DNA of 64,000 nucleotides from an uncultured virus (IMG/VR IMGVR_UViG_3300024269_000049) (IMGVR_UViG_3300024269_000049:1-64000); one strand, 5' to 3'. Shown: positions 11,401-21,075, counted from the stretch's first letter. The notes: generated from the sequence alone by a model not told the origin. A program made the numbers and translations.

Positions 11401-14400
11401 TAAATTTGCTAAGAAAATAGGTGCTGTAATCGGTAAAGTTACAGCTGGTGCTAGTACTGCGTTTATAACAGACTTAGTATTTGCAGCTGGAGATTTAATA
11501 TCTGGATTTACTGCAGGTAATGCTGGTAACTTATTTGGTGTTTCACCAGAAAACGTTGACTTTAAAATGAGAACTATAAGTTCAGTATTACAAACTGTCA
11601 CTAACTTTAATGTATTAGCATTAATATCATTAGTAAATGAAATTTGTAGTGCTGTATGGAACTTTAACTTCTTAAGAAATATTGCTATATGGATTTATAA
11701 TGCAATACCTGGTGGAAATAATTTAGGATCTAGAATAACTGCTAAAGAAATAGATGCATGTACTTCTATAGACCAAGCATTAATGATAATGGGTGTAACT
11801 GATGCTGAAGACATTGCATATTTAAAAGACGGTAATGGTTGGAAAGATTTTAGTAAAGTTCCAAATGAAGAATTACATGGTGTTATATCAGCTACTGAAC
11901 AAATGGAGCTAGCTAGATTACAATATAACTTAGAAAATGAAACTAAACTAAGTAGTCAAGCATTTATAGATAAAGAATCTAAAACATTAGGTTCTAAAAT
12001 ATGGGGTGCTATTACAAAACCTTTCCAAAAGAAAACAGATAAACAAAAACTAATGAAATATCAAAATAAAGTCAATATATATGAAGAAAAACTTGCTAAC
12101 TCTAATAACTGGTTTACTAGAACATGGAATGGATGGAGATTAAATAGTAATAAAAAGAAAATGGCTAAATATCAAGATAAATTAAACGCTCCTTCTAATA
12201 ACTATGAAGTTGGAGAAGTTGTAAATCCTGATGATTATGCTAGTATGACAACTCCTATATTAAATGGTAGAGCTGCTGATCCAGCCGAAGTTCAAGCAAT
12301 ACTAGACGCACATAATTTAAGTGGACCTGAAATGGGAGACCAAATAATAACAGATGCTTATGGTAATAGCTACGATGCTAATGGTAATTTCTTAGGCAAT
12401 GCTGGTTATGGTGATGGACCAGAAATGGGAGACCAAATAATAACAGATGCTTATGGTAATAGCTACGATGCTAATGGTAATTTCTTAGGCAATGCTGGTT
12501 ATGGTGATGGACCAGAAATGGGAGATATTGAATATGCTAGTACACCAGCTAAGAAACCTTCTTTACTTAAAAAAGTAGGTAAAACTATGATAGAACTTAT
12601 GCCTGGTGGTAAAGCTTTAACTACAGGTATAACAGCATTTTCAACTTTATTTGGTAAAGATAATAAACCAGAAGATTATAGAATGGTACCTATACTAGAT
12701 GAATATGGTAACATAGTTTCTTATCAGTCTCAATTAATAGATGATACTACAGAACTTGAAGGTTTAAACTATGAAGAAAATATACAAATGAAACCATTAG
12801 ATAGTAATACACAAATAATACCACAAACAGATGAAAACGGAAATATTGTATCATATACTACAGTAAATAAAAATAAACCGACTGGATTATTTGGTCGTAT
12901 TAAAAATGCATTCTCTAATATGTTTGGAATTGGTCAAACTACAACAACAACTGGTTCTAGTGTAGATAACTCAAGCTCAGTTACAAATAATACTGGAGAC
13001 ACGTATACTACAAATAACACAACTGAAGTTGATACATCTATGTTTGGTGCATTAACAGAAGCTATTAATAATTTAGCTGGTGGTGATTCATCACATCTTA
13101 CTAAAGAGGGTAAAGTTGAAACTAGTGTTCTTGGTGCAATACTAAATCCAATAAATTATGTTACTAAAAAATTAACTGAAGCCGGAGTAAATGTTTCTGA
13201 AGCTGTTACTGGTAAAGAAATGAGCCCTGAGAAAAAGAACGCTATGGTTGCTGTTATGGATATGATAACTAACCCTATTGGATTTATGATGAATAAGATG
13301 AACTTAAATGAAAAAGGTGAAAGTAAAAAAGAAGCTAATGAACCAGGGTTTTTAACTAAGACTAAGGATAAAGCTGGAAATTTATGGGCTGGATTTAAAA
13401 ACCAAGTATTCAATGAAAAACCGTTATTAGCACAAGGTCTTGATAGTTTAGCTGGTGGATTTGATAATGCTACTAATTGGATCAATAATACAGATGAAGC
13501 TATAAAAGGTAAATATAAAGGTGCTAAAAAATGGGTTGGTGATAAATGGCAAGAGTTTAATGATTTAACAGCTCCATTATATGAAGAAGGAGATAGAGCT
13601 GGTACTAAAACTGCTAAATTAGTTAAAGCAGGAGCAGTTGCTGTACCATATTTTGGTTATAAAAAATTCATTGAAGGTACTGCAGTAGACAAAGCTGCCA
13701 AAAAAGGTATAAAAGCAGTTAAAGATACTTATGCTTGGGGTAAAGGTAAATGGGACGACCAAAAAGCTTGGATATCTTCTGATTGGGAAGAAGGAGATAG
13801 TGCAGGTGTTAAATTTGGTAAATCTTATTTAAAAATAGAAAAAACTATTAAGAAAAAACTTAGTGACATAGCTGATTCTTTAAGCAATTGGTTTAAAAAT
13901 ACAATTCAAGGTATAAAAGATTTCTATAATGAAACTAAGACTAAAATTAAAAATTGGTGGAATGATACTATTGACAGTATTGGAGATTGGTTTAAGAAAA
14001 AGAAAGAAGATTTAGTTAATTGGTATGAAATGAAAACTGAAGAATTATCTAAATCTTGGGATGGATTTGTCGATTCATTTAAAAACTTCTTTGGTACAAT
14101 AGGTGAGAAATTGAATGGCACTTGGGAAGCTATTAAAAACTTTAAAATGCCAAAAATAACTTGGGAAGGTATAACATTAGCAGCTAAAGATGTTTGGTAT
14201 TTCCTTGAAGATTTTGCTAGAGAGATGGTTGGTTTAGAACCTAAAAAAAGAGGGGAAGAAGATACAACTACTACTAATAATACAAATACTAAAAATTCAA
14301 CTAAAAAAACAGAAGAGAAAAAAGATGATAAAAACATAATACAAAAAGGTATATCCTTTGTTTCAGATACTTATAATACATTTAAACAAGGTCATGAAGC

Positions 14401-17400
14401 TGGAGGATCTGGTATAGATTCAACAGCAAGAAAATTCAGACCTAAAAAATACGTTGCATCTGATACAGATTTTATAAAATCAACAACTACTAACAATGAT
14501 AATTCTAATAGTAATAATACAACTAATACTAGTAATAAATTCGTATTCTACAGTCAAAGTGATAATCGTTGGGCTAATACAAAATTAGGTAATAAGAATA
14601 TGAAAGATGCTGGTTGTGGTCCTACTTCATTAGCTATGGCTGTATCACAATTAACAGGAGAACAAATTACTCCAGATACAATAGCTGAATTAGGTAAAGA
14701 GCATTTACCAGGTTATTCTAAATATTCATTATTCCCTTCTGTTGCTAATAAGCTTAACATGAACTATAGTGAAGGATATGATGGTAATTTCATAACTAGT
14801 AACTTACAAAGAGGAGTTCCTGTTGTATTATCTGGTAGAACAAACGCTTCTGGTACACCATATACATCAGAAGGTCATGTTGTTACTGCTACACATATGA
14901 TGGGTAATAAAGTATTTATAAACGACCCACGAGGAAAAGAATATAGTGGTTATTATCCAATAAATGCTTTATTGACTGGATTAAATAAAGGTATGATAGT
15001 ATCTCCACATAATGCTTCTAATGTTACTAAATTCTCATCTGGGCAATTAGCAAATGGATGGGATGCTGAGCCTTATAAAGATATTTATGCTGAAGAATTA
15101 GGTATGTATGGAGATGTTGGGGAATATAATGCAATTGATGATGACAAAAATTTAGGTAAAACTGGTGCTGGTCAAATAACAATGGCTGATAGGGTTTTAT
15201 CTTATGCTAGAGCATTCTTAAATAATACAAGTAAATTTAGTTATTCTCAACCAAGACGTTTACAAATTGATACTAATAAAAGTAGCTCAAAAGGATGTGG
15301 TGCAGACTGTTCTTCATTCGTAAGCCACGTATTATCTAGAGCAGGGGATGTTAATATATACGGTACTACTTCTCAAACATTCTGGGATAGTGTTGGTACT
15401 AAAGTATCTGAACCTCAAATAGGTGACGTTGTTTGTCAACAAAATCATGTTGGTTTATATAGTGGTGATGGTAATTATATCCATATGTCTGGTAGAAAAG
15501 CAGGTATAAAAGAGTCTAAAGCTATTCAAAAAGGTAATAATAAACATAGAGGTTATAAACGTGTATTAAAAAATCCTTCACAAATGGTTGACCCTACAGT
15601 ACCAAACCCTAACTCATTTTTAGGTACAGTTGTTGGTACATCTAGTGGTAATCCAGTAGGTGGAGGATCTGGTGGACCTCAAGCTTCATTAGATAAAGCA
15701 TTATTAATAGGTGACTCTTTAACAGTTGGAATGAAATCTGTACTAGAAGGTAAATATTCTGGTGCTAAAGCTATGGGTAAAGGTGGTAAATGGGCTAAAC
15801 ATTGGTTAGAAAGTTTAGACGAATTACCAGATGCAGAATCAGTATCTACAGTAATACAATGGTTAGGTATAAATGGAGTGCATGATAATAAGAGAAACAT
15901 ATCTGATTCACAAACATTATTAGGTAAACTTAAAGAAAAATATGCAGGTAAACCAATATTCAATATGAGAATATTCCCAACAACTAAAGATTATTCTTAT
16001 GGAAATTATACAGGTGAATGGTGGAGAGGTTTATCAAAAGAATTTAACGATGCTATGGGAACATGGGCAGGATCTAATGGAGTTACTCAAATAGATGCTA
16101 CTAATGGATTTATACAAGAAGATGGATTCTTAGATCCTTCTAAAGCAGTTGATGGAATACATTTTACAACTGACGGTTATAAAGCAGTATTATCAAATAT
16201 AGAAACAGCTATAAATAGTTACAATAGTAATAATTCTGGTTCTACTGCAACTGGTGGAGGTGCTGCTCCACAAGTTGATATATTAGGACAATTCTCAGAA
16301 TTAGAAAAAATAGGTACTAGTATGGTTGGTGCTATATTCAATAATAAATCGGTAAAAGAAATGTATGATAATTTTTATGGTAACCAAGTTGTTACAGATG
16401 CGACTACAACTGGAAGTACACCAACAGATGGTTCTAATCCTGATATAAGTGGTATAAGTGATACAGCACAAGCAGTATGGCAATTCTTTACAGGTAAAGG
16501 ATACTCACCTGCAGCTACAGCTGGTATAATGGGTAATATGGAACAAGAATCAGGAATGCGTCCTGATATAATCCAAGGTAATGGTAGAGGACCTGCAGCT
16601 GGTATATGTCAATGGGAAAACTATAACACTAAATCTGCTAGATGGAAAGACATGAATGCTCATGCTCAATCTAAAGGTAAAGACTGGAAAGATTTACAAT
16701 CTCAATTAGAATTTATCGATATAGAATTACAAGGTAAATCTCCAGGAGATAACTATACATCAACATTATTAAAGAAAAACTGGGGTGGATACGAAGGATT
16801 TAAAGCTATAACTGATTATAAAAAAGCAACTGAAGCTTTCGAAAAATCATTTGAAAGAGCACGTAAAATAAATTGGAATAATAGATATGCTGGAGCTAAA
16901 AAATATTACGATAAATTTGCTGGTGGGGCTGGTACAGGACCTGCTACAGCAACTGCTGCTGAAACAGCTCCTTCTGATGGAAGCATACCAGATTCTATGA
17001 ATGGATGGAAATACTATCAACAAAGTGACCCTAAATGGGCAGGTGATGTTGGTGGAAGTAGTGTAAGTAGAGGTGGATGTGGACCTACATCTCATGCTAT
17101 GATGCTTTCTACTATATTTGGAAAACAAATAACACCACTTACAATGACTAGATGGGGACGTAAAAATGGTACATGGACTGGTGCAATGCAATGGACAATG
17201 CCTGAAAAAGTTGCTTCTGCGTTTGGATTAAACATGACTACTCTTGGAGCTGATTATAACGGTGTTGATAAATCAGTTCTAGAGAAAGTTAAAGAGTCAC
17301 TAAAAGCTGGTAAACCTGTAGTAATGACAGGTAAAGGAACTGGACCTTCTGGAGCTGCAGCTAGACAAGATACACCATTTACACCTGGTGGACACGTTGT

Positions 17401-18796
17401 TCTTGCTGTTGGTGTTGATGGGCAAGGAAACGTAATAATAAATGACCCTAGAGGTGCTGGAAGAACTAAAGCCTATACTGATAAAGGTATATTAGATGTC
17501 GGAGTAGGTTTAAGAGGTGCTTGGGCGTTTGATACTAACGGAGGATCAATACCAGATGGATTCCAAGTTGATGGAGATTATACTCCTACAGGTGGAACAA
17601 CTGGTGGAACAACTGAAGGTGGAGGAGCTGCTACTGTAGCTGCACCACAATTAGATATAATGGGTAAATTCGGCGAATTAGAAAAAATAGGAACTAGTAT
17701 GGTTGCAGGTATATTTAATAATAAATCTACAAAAACAATGTATGATATGTTGTATAATAACGTTGCAGATACTAGTGGAACAACAACAACTCCTGCTGAT
17801 GGATCTAATCCATCTCAAACAGTTACAGGAAAAGGAAACTTCCCTAAATATGCTTTAAATGATCAACAAATTAAAGGTATAGCTAATATATTACAACATG
17901 AACAACCTGGAATTGAAGGTCGTATGGCAGAAGCTTCTTTAATGGCTAACTTAGTTGATAAAACTGGAGATGATAAAGCAACAGTAGATAACTTAATTAA
18001 AAAAGCAACTGGCGGATGGTTTGCTAAAGGTAAAGATAGATTCAATAATCCTGGTAATCCTGAACAAATATCAATTGATGCAGCTAAAACTGTTTTAGTT
18101 GAAGGTAAGAGAACATTACCAAGATATGTTGATGAGCATGATTGTTTCTCAGACTTAACATCAGTAACTAATGATGGTAAATCATTCAAAGCTTCAGATA
18201 GAAGTCAATATAAACCATTTGTAACTAAGATAAAAAATAGATATGGAGCATCAGGAACATTCCATTCATTCCCTAATGCTAAATCTGACCCATTCTATTA
18301 TACTAGTGAAGAATTAAGACAAAAATGGGGAGACGATTGTTATTCTCCTACACTATCAGGAGATGCTGGTAAAGGTGATGGTAACACTTATATGGTCTCA
18401 CCAAGACAAAGAACTACACCAACAAGTAAAGTAACTTATACTAAACCTGTTTCTAATAGACCGTCTCCTAACATCAATGTTGATGCACAAAGAAAACTTG
18501 ATGATATAAATAGAAAAATGAATTTATCTATAAACAATATAAATGCTACTGACCCTAAAGCATATGCAGAAATTTTAAAACTTATGATGAGAGAATTACA
18601 AGCAATTAATAATAATACTGCAGAAACAGCTTCTAAAGTTGGTAATATAGAAATAGTTGGTGCTAATGAACCAATTAGACATGATCAAGCTGGAATTACA
18701 ACTGCAGATATTTATCAACCTGCTAATTCACCTAGACAAAAAAATAATTCTAAAGGTTATAATGTAGCTAGACAAATAGCAGGATATCAAAAATAA
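5474..18796 (+). CDS. Giant tape-measure / virion-associated multi-domain peptidoglycan hydrolase (4440 aa)
   Basis: TMP features: LLPGGP Gly-rich repeats, HAEGLDEVPGDGYIAELHKGE motif, Trp-periodic helix. C-terminal domains: C39-like x2 (GCGPTS..H), NlpC/P60 (DCSSFV..HVG..H), SGNH (GDSL..GIN..DGIH), phage tail lysozyme (GIMGNMEQESG..GICQW), SleB-like. Confidence 0.9.
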   Translation: MAKNSKRNINDRIKKSVPDNEWLRNAAKSFGFTSLDVVKSLLPDTSDTVEWNAKVIIDSMDMINNIRDNNGIRNAFNKQFQNIPQIKASKMIVKNAFDDIKTGNFYNKGRLEGTDDAFDDFGDMFGDDSGPQFIDEGDDFSSEPQFSEDDSSNSSSRPPVAVINTMPLAKSIAASTEATVNTMVAISDQQMAVETEKAMFTQRANGVFLNALTSINDNLALLVQFNSDSTAKFHAAATEYYSQSIDLLKNIENAGKSEGKERKRKRVLDMFTSSGGIKGDEYLKQLKQNLIDIKDENPIIGNIVDQVLNMDVLTGIAQNPIGTLVPMVVQGVLSETFKSTLGALDKRVNSVMPALLARINSFEDNDNTLLNGINKLLGTNPKVSKYVKLGDYEKGTITWDGESKKALVEVIPTYLRRIESALTGREERIYDYDSGEFVPYKKLKENYEKRLTSQYTSGYVNLETEMMDIVRKMNLNTKDLDQFKKDMEEYFTVMTKQGHRINHRKYKNLAGDEIDEFEDLQLFEGDPIRTEFMRKVLEGVNPTTLVESAAMGIQDSINAVNKFYDDIRFNTNKYGYSSLNNEVDENGKVKFQGLKPGGMRDEFGLSQLDYLRDIRSALINGIRVFPDNTKKGRSGIPNAELLQKEKDENTTVAKRKQREKDKKDKNDDIINKDKNRMNSIVAGSESEWAKYYNEHEKIEFNTDTKRGKFLQSVSDFNDKVDGHLFEILYGDEDIAKKYANKVIDYGRSGKPLVTLMTGMFGDTIKAFKSYFTGQGYVTSDGVKVEGRPDNMIDKVFGFFTGLKDKLTKGKDGEDGLIQKMTKDFMAGFEKFKVNLFGEKFLSENDAKETFQDLAQKVKERLPKALGYGLAGGMVKTFFSSRLGLLGNFLLPGGPMGAVLAGTAYGFLRQSETFNRVVFGEQGEDGERLGGIISKELQDKYAEYKGSIKSGIGLGVLGSLFLPGGPILSSVLGIGAVMTAKSDAFQEFLYGKDFANKDNKSLMDGAFGNMFKRLSGNENPELATFLGTAGLGVGIAQGVGLLPAFLLPGGPIVGALMGLAGGIAASSEKFQKFLLGEKDIDGQRYGGLLTKFKNWFDVSFTQPLKIRVQEMQDDMYGFLKGKLFDPIARSFEPVAQALKFMASDAFDLMKNIGTSIVESFKESIINPISEKLKWILSPIGWVVKSMGKLLTGVVTSPLKLIGAIGTVSEKYNEHYVIKKEKRRRAEEFDASYTGDEGLRYFERRKAAHMSKEEKEALINEKLAYRHGKSRKERKKEQEEKLNAEMQKRKAKTEEMRQQYEDDKEFAKKHGFKYASKKQKEKREQELKVKSAWIQEQSLVQAQETDEKVSKIADNVVHLSDYRDSVVDKLDEVNNTLKDGLNKLNNQGQNSDISKNINNDPDMDPANYGKVTDEHLAPIYDFIAKHEAKYGKNTSVPDTRDESDYGKVTDEHLATIHNFIDKYEEKHGTTLQESLDNLNEKIVSNKEPKAEEEKVEEPKVEQPKSQAKIVIENEETLGTKMKKGISKLLKNLRKKGRSHAEGLDEVPGDGYIAELHKGEMVVPEKPAGLLRGMMDKAGKGFKGLTDKLLGGNEEEKVEKEGGIDIDGDGDTDGEPSMLSGILKGLSSVVGGMGGLLGKVAGMGDGEARDRNDNALGMTDEEAERMKELEDRARYAQASRKDVDFVQNQIAARDKEKADRQWKEDLLTAIRGIGSLGAASLDSGMSLFDLIGAGFDSLGSSLGSILKSLAIPLGVFSLLKTWKDHKNSEEYIESRTDVDGSMIYDNTDHVVKKNLWSARKAIKNPIKKVIKKFTEPYVEGAKAIYNSEWGKKNLQPFGNRVKEHIQNAKNKFNFFGKPKAADNVVDFASAKAAKEGAESAAKNATTKGGAKVINFADAKLAKEATEKGSGKVLKKIAGEGVENLGDNKSVMSKLIKMTKTALTEIGQKVAEKFPKMGKFLSKADGIFAALLKNADMLVPKFAKKIGAVIGKVTAGASTAFITDLVFAAGDLISGFTAGNAGNLFGVSPENVDFKMRTISSVLQTVTNFNVLALISLVNEICSAVWNFNFLRNIAIWIYNAIPGGNNLGSRITAKEIDACTSIDQALMIMGVTDAEDIAYLKDGNGWKDFSKVPNEELHGVISATEQMELARLQYNLENETKLSSQAFIDKESKTLGSKIWGAITKPFQKKTDKQKLMKYQNKVNIYEEKLANSNNWFTRTWNGWRLNSNKKKMAKYQDKLNAPSNNYEVGEVVNPDDYASMTTPILNGRAADPAEVQAILDAHNLSGPEMGDQIITDAYGNSYDANGNFLGNAGYGDGPEMGDQIITDAYGNSYDANGNFLGNAGYGDGPEMGDIEYASTPAKKPSLLKKVGKTMIELMPGGKALTTGITAFSTLFGKDNKPEDYRMVPILDEYGNIVSYQSQLIDDTTELEGLNYEENIQMKPLDSNTQIIPQTDENGNIVSYTTVNKNKPTGLFGRIKNAFSNMFGIGQTTTTTGSSVDNSSSVTNNTGDTYTTNNTTEVDTSMFGALTEAINNLAGGDSSHLTKEGKVETSVLGAILNPINYVTKKLTEAGVNVSEAVTGKEMSPEKKNAMVAVMDMITNPIGFMMNKMNLNEKGESKKEANEPGFLTKTKDKAGNLWAGFKNQVFNEKPLLAQGLDSLAGGFDNATNWINNTDEAIKGKYKGAKKWVGDKWQEFNDLTAPLYEEGDRAGTKTAKLVKAGAVAVPYFGYKKFIEGTAVDKAAKKGIKAVKDTYAWGKGKWDDQKAWISSDWEEGDSAGVKFGKSYLKIEKTIKKKLSDIADSLSNWFKNTIQGIKDFYNETKTKIKNWWNDTIDSIGDWFKKKKEDLVNWYEMKTEELSKSWDGFVDSFKNFFGTIGEKLNGTWEAIKNFKMPKITWEGITLAAKDVWYFLEDFAREMVGLEPKKRGEEDTTTTNNTNTKNSTKKTEEKKDDKNIIQKGISFVSDTYNTFKQGHEAGGSGIDSTARKFRPKKYVASDTDFIKSTTTNNDNSNSNNTTNTSNKFVFYSQSDNRWANTKLGNKNMKDAGCGPTSLAMAVSQLTGEQITPDTIAELGKEHLPGYSKYSLFPSVANKLNMNYSEGYDGNFITSNLQRGVPVVLSGRTNASGTPYTSEGHVVTATHMMGNKVFINDPRGKEYSGYYPINALLTGLNKGMIVSPHNASNVTKFSSGQLANGWDAEPYKDIYAEELGMYGDVGEYNAIDDDKNLGKTGAGQITMADRVLSYARAFLNNTSKFSYSQPRRLQIDTNKSSSKGCGADCSSFVSHVLSRAGDVNIYGTTSQTFWDSVGTKVSEPQIGDVVCQQNHVGLYSGDGNYIHMSGRKAGIKESKAIQKGNNKHRGYKRVLKNPSQMVDPTVPNPNSFLGTVVGTSSGNPVGGGSGGPQASLDKALLIGDSLTVGMKSVLEGKYSGAKAMGKGGKWAKHWLESLDELPDAESVSTVIQWLGINGVHDNKRNISDSQTLLGKLKEKYAGKPIFNMRIFPTTKDYSYGNYTGEWWRGLSKEFNDAMGTWAGSNGVTQIDATNGFIQEDGFLDPSKAVDGIHFTTDGYKAVLSNIETAINSYNSNNSGSTATGGGAAPQVDILGQFSELEKIGTSMVGAIFNNKSVKEMYDNFYGNQVVTDATTTGSTPTDGSNPDISGISDTAQAVWQFFTGKGYSPAATAGIMGNMEQESGMRPDIIQGNGRGPAAGICQWENYNTKSARWKDMNAHAQSKGKDWKDLQSQLEFIDIELQGKSPGDNYTSTLLKKNWGGYEGFKAITDYKKATEAFEKSFERARKINWNNRYAGAKKYYDKFAGGAGTGPATATAAETAPSDGSIPDSMNGWKYYQQSDPKWAGDVGGSSVSRGGCGPTSHAMMLSTIFGKQITPLTMTRWGRKNGTWTGAMQWTMPEKVASAFGLNMTTLGADYNGVDKSVLEKVKESLKAGKPVVMTGKGTGPSGAAARQDTPFTPGGHVVLAVGVDGQGNVIINDPRGAGRTKAYTDKGILDVGVGLRGAWAFDTNGGSIPDGFQVDGDYTPTGGTTGGTTEGGGAATVAAPQLDIMGKFGELEKIGTSMVAGIFNNKSTKTMYDMLYNNVADTSGTTTTPADGSNPSQTVTGKGNFPKYALNDQQIKGIANILQHEQPGIEGRMAEASLMANLVDKTGDDKATVDNLIKKATGGWFAKGKDRFNNPGNPEQISIDAAKTVLVEGKRTLPRYVDEHDCFSDLTSVTNDGKSFKASDRSQYKPFVTKIKNRYGASGTFHSFPNAKSDPFYYTSEELRQKWGDDCYSPTLSGDAGKGDGNTYMVSPRQRTTPTSKVTYTKPVSNRPSPNINVDAQRKLDDINRKMNLSINNINATDPKAYAEILKLMMRELQAINNNTAETASKVGNIEIVGANEPIRHDQAGITTADIYQPANSPRQKNNSKGYNVARQIAGYQK
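12323..12526 (+). repeat. 93-nt in-frame tandem repeat (2 full copies plus partial)
   Basis: Units start at 12323, 12416 and 12509; they encode GPEMGDQIITDAYGNSYDANGNFLGNAGYGD and differ by one synonymous base. Confidence 0.95.
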
Positions 18797-18846
18797 TCAT
18801 AACTTTATTTAGAGGAGATTAATTTCTCCTCTGAAAGGAGGTAATT

Positions 18847-20400
18847 ATGGACAGTAGATTAAAGAAAAGAATTTATAATATTTTGACTGGAAAACAACCT
18901 AGAGATCCTGATCCAGAAACTGGTAGTGATCCAGCTACTGAAGGAGATTTGACAAATATATATGGTGTAGAAGATCCTTCAGAATATATGACAAATCTTA
19001 ATAAAAATGTGTCGCAAAATATGTCTATAGGAAGTTTAACAACACAAATTTTTGGCATGCCACATCAATTTTTACCAGATACTGACCCTAGAATAGATGT
19101 TAACAATAGATTTGGTTTTGGTTTTTTTAATCATATTTATATGGAAAAACCAGTAGCAACATTAATGCCAGGTAAAATGTTATTTTTACCAGGGTATAGT
19201 AAAGATAATAAAGCCTTATTTGGAGCTTTAATGGGTCAAACAGATTCAGATAATTCTGCTAGAGCATTAGAGGATTTAATAAATGAAAACTCAGGAAGTA
19301 GATATTATGATTTTACTAGTGATTATACTGCTTATATGACATATGTAAATTTAATGTGTAGAGTTGCTGCAGTTTACTTAGGTATAGAAGATTTACCTGC
19401 ACCCAACAATGAGGGTACATATAAAACTTATGATTGGAAGAAGTATCAAAGCGTTAATGGTGCAAATAAAATGTCATCAGTTAAAGATGATAGTATATTA
19501 TCATTAAATAAAGAATTCTTTAGTCAAGTAAAAGATGATATTACAGCAGGACAACGTTGTTATGTTAATTTCTATATAGATCCAAACACATCAGTAAGTG
19601 AAAGTATTTCAAATTCAACACAACAATCTATGTTGGAAGGTGCTTTTGATAAAGCTGAAGGATTAATGAAAGAAGCACAAATGCTAGTAGGTACTATAGG
19701 TGGTAATAAACTACAAGGATTTGTAGATGATGCTACTAGTATGGTTAAAGACGTTGTAAATGCAGCATCATTCGGATTCTTTAAAAACTTACTAGGTTTA
19801 GGAGAAGAAGTATTACATGGTTCTAACCTTATATATCCTGAAATATGGACTGATAGTGAATATAATAAATCTTTCTCTATTCAAATAAACTTAGCAAGTC
19901 CATATGGTACTAAAGAAGCTATATATTTAAATGTGTTAGTCCCAATGTTCCATGCTCTTTGTTTAGCATTACCAAAACAATCTACGGAAAATAGTTTCAA
20001 TGCACCTTTTTTAATAAGAGGTTATGCACAAGGGTGGTTCTCTATTGATATGGGTATAGTTGAATCAATATCTATAGATAGAGGTCCTGAACAAACTTGG
20101 AGTGTTGAAGGGTTGCCTACACAAGCTAAAATAACTTTAAATATAAAAGAATTATATAGTAATCTAATGATGTCACCATCTACTAAACCATCATACTTTT
20201 TTTCTAATCAAGGGTTAATAGATTACTTAGGAGTTACGTGTGGTGTAGATATGACAATACCTAATATATATTTTAACTTTAGACTTGCTTATGCATTATT
20301 AACAAATAAATTTAAAGATATACCTAATAACTTTTATTATAATGTAACACAATCTGTTAGACAGTATATTAGTAATCACTTTAGTCATTTCAATAAATAA
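18847..20400 (+). CDS. Virion structural (tail/baseplate) protein
   Basis: Directly downstream of the TMP; YPEIWTDS..., PFLIRG...GIVESISIDRG resemble tail-tube-initiator-like jumbo phage proteins. Confidence 0.6.
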   Translation: MDSRLKKRIYNILTGKQPRDPDPETGSDPATEGDLTNIYGVEDPSEYMTNLNKNVSQNMSIGSLTTQIFGMPHQFLPDTDPRIDVNNRFGFGFFNHIYMEKPVATLMPGKMLFLPGYSKDNKALFGALMGQTDSDNSARALEDLINENSGSRYYDFTSDYTAYMTYVNLMCRVAAVYLGIEDLPAPNNEGTYKTYDWKKYQSVNGANKMSSVKDDSILSLNKEFFSQVKDDITAGQRCYVNFYIDPNTSVSESISNSTQQSMLEGAFDKAEGLMKEAQMLVGTIGGNKLQGFVDDATSMVKDVVNAASFGFFKNLLGLGEEVLHGSNLIYPEIWTDSEYNKSFSIQINLASPYGTKEAIYLNVLVPMFHALCLALPKQSTENSFNAPFLIRGYAQGWFSIDMGIVESISIDRGPEQTWSVEGLPTQAKITLNIKELYSNLMMSPSTKPSYFFSNQGLIDYLGVTCGVDMTIPNIYFNFRLAYALLTNKFKDIPNNFYYNVTQSVRQYISNHFSHFNK

Positions 20401-20418
20401 AATAAGGGGGTATTTTAT

Positions 20419-21075
20419 ATGCCAAGTAAAAAAGAATTAATTGAATATGATGAGAAGTATGGAGAAGTTTCGAACGATTGTTTGGAAAGGATTTATAATT
20501 TTCTGGATGGAATATCCGATAAGCAATTAGAAGGAGTAAGAAATGATATAGAAAATAATCTAAATACTAAATGGAAAACAATTAGCTTTATTTTCTATTT
20601 TATACCAAAAGCAACTCCTAGAGCTAGATTAGCAGGATTTGGTAAACATTTTTATGTTTCTGACGCTATGAATAATAGAAAGCTCATGGAGAAGTTTGTT
20701 AAAGAACAATTAAGTGATTTTGAATTAATAACTACAGCATGTAAATTATATTGCGATTGTTATTTTCCAACACCTAAATCAATGAATAAGTCGGAACAAC
20801 TAAGAGCTGAATTAGGATTAGTAAATAACTTAACTAAACCTGATTGGGATAATTTAGGAAAAACATACTCAGATATGATTCAAAATACAATTATTATGGA
20901 TGATAGTTTAATTATAGAAGGACATGTAAGAAAGTTTTATTCTAGTAAACCTAGGATAGAATTAACTATAGAGTATGCTGATAGATATGATTCAAAATAC
21001 AACATGAAAAACATAACCAAGAGAAAACAATATCTTGATAACATAGATAAAATAAATAAAGATATAACCTTTTAA
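20419..21075 (+). CDS. rusA: RusA-like Holliday junction resolvase
   Basis: PKATPRAR and KPDWDNLGK..SD....DDS motifs. Confidence 0.88.
   Translation: MPSKKELIEYDEKYGEVSNDCLERIYNFLDGISDKQLEGVRNDIENNLNTKWKTISFIFYFIPKATPRARLAGFGKHFYVSDAMNNRKLMEKFVKEQLSDFELITTACKLYCDCYFPTPKSMNKSEQLRAELGLVNNLTKPDWDNLGKTYSDMIQNTIIMDDSLIIEGHVRKFYSSKPRIELTIEYADRYDSKYNMKNITKRKQYLDNIDKINKDITF

Noticed and set aside
12323..12526. CRISPR array
   Set aside because: Contiguous in-frame coding repeats with no spacers; no cas genes
5443..18189. Many antisense ORFs within the 4440-aa gene (and similar ones elsewhere)
   Set aside because: Shadow ORFs from codon bias, with F/L/S/I-rich composition and no RBS
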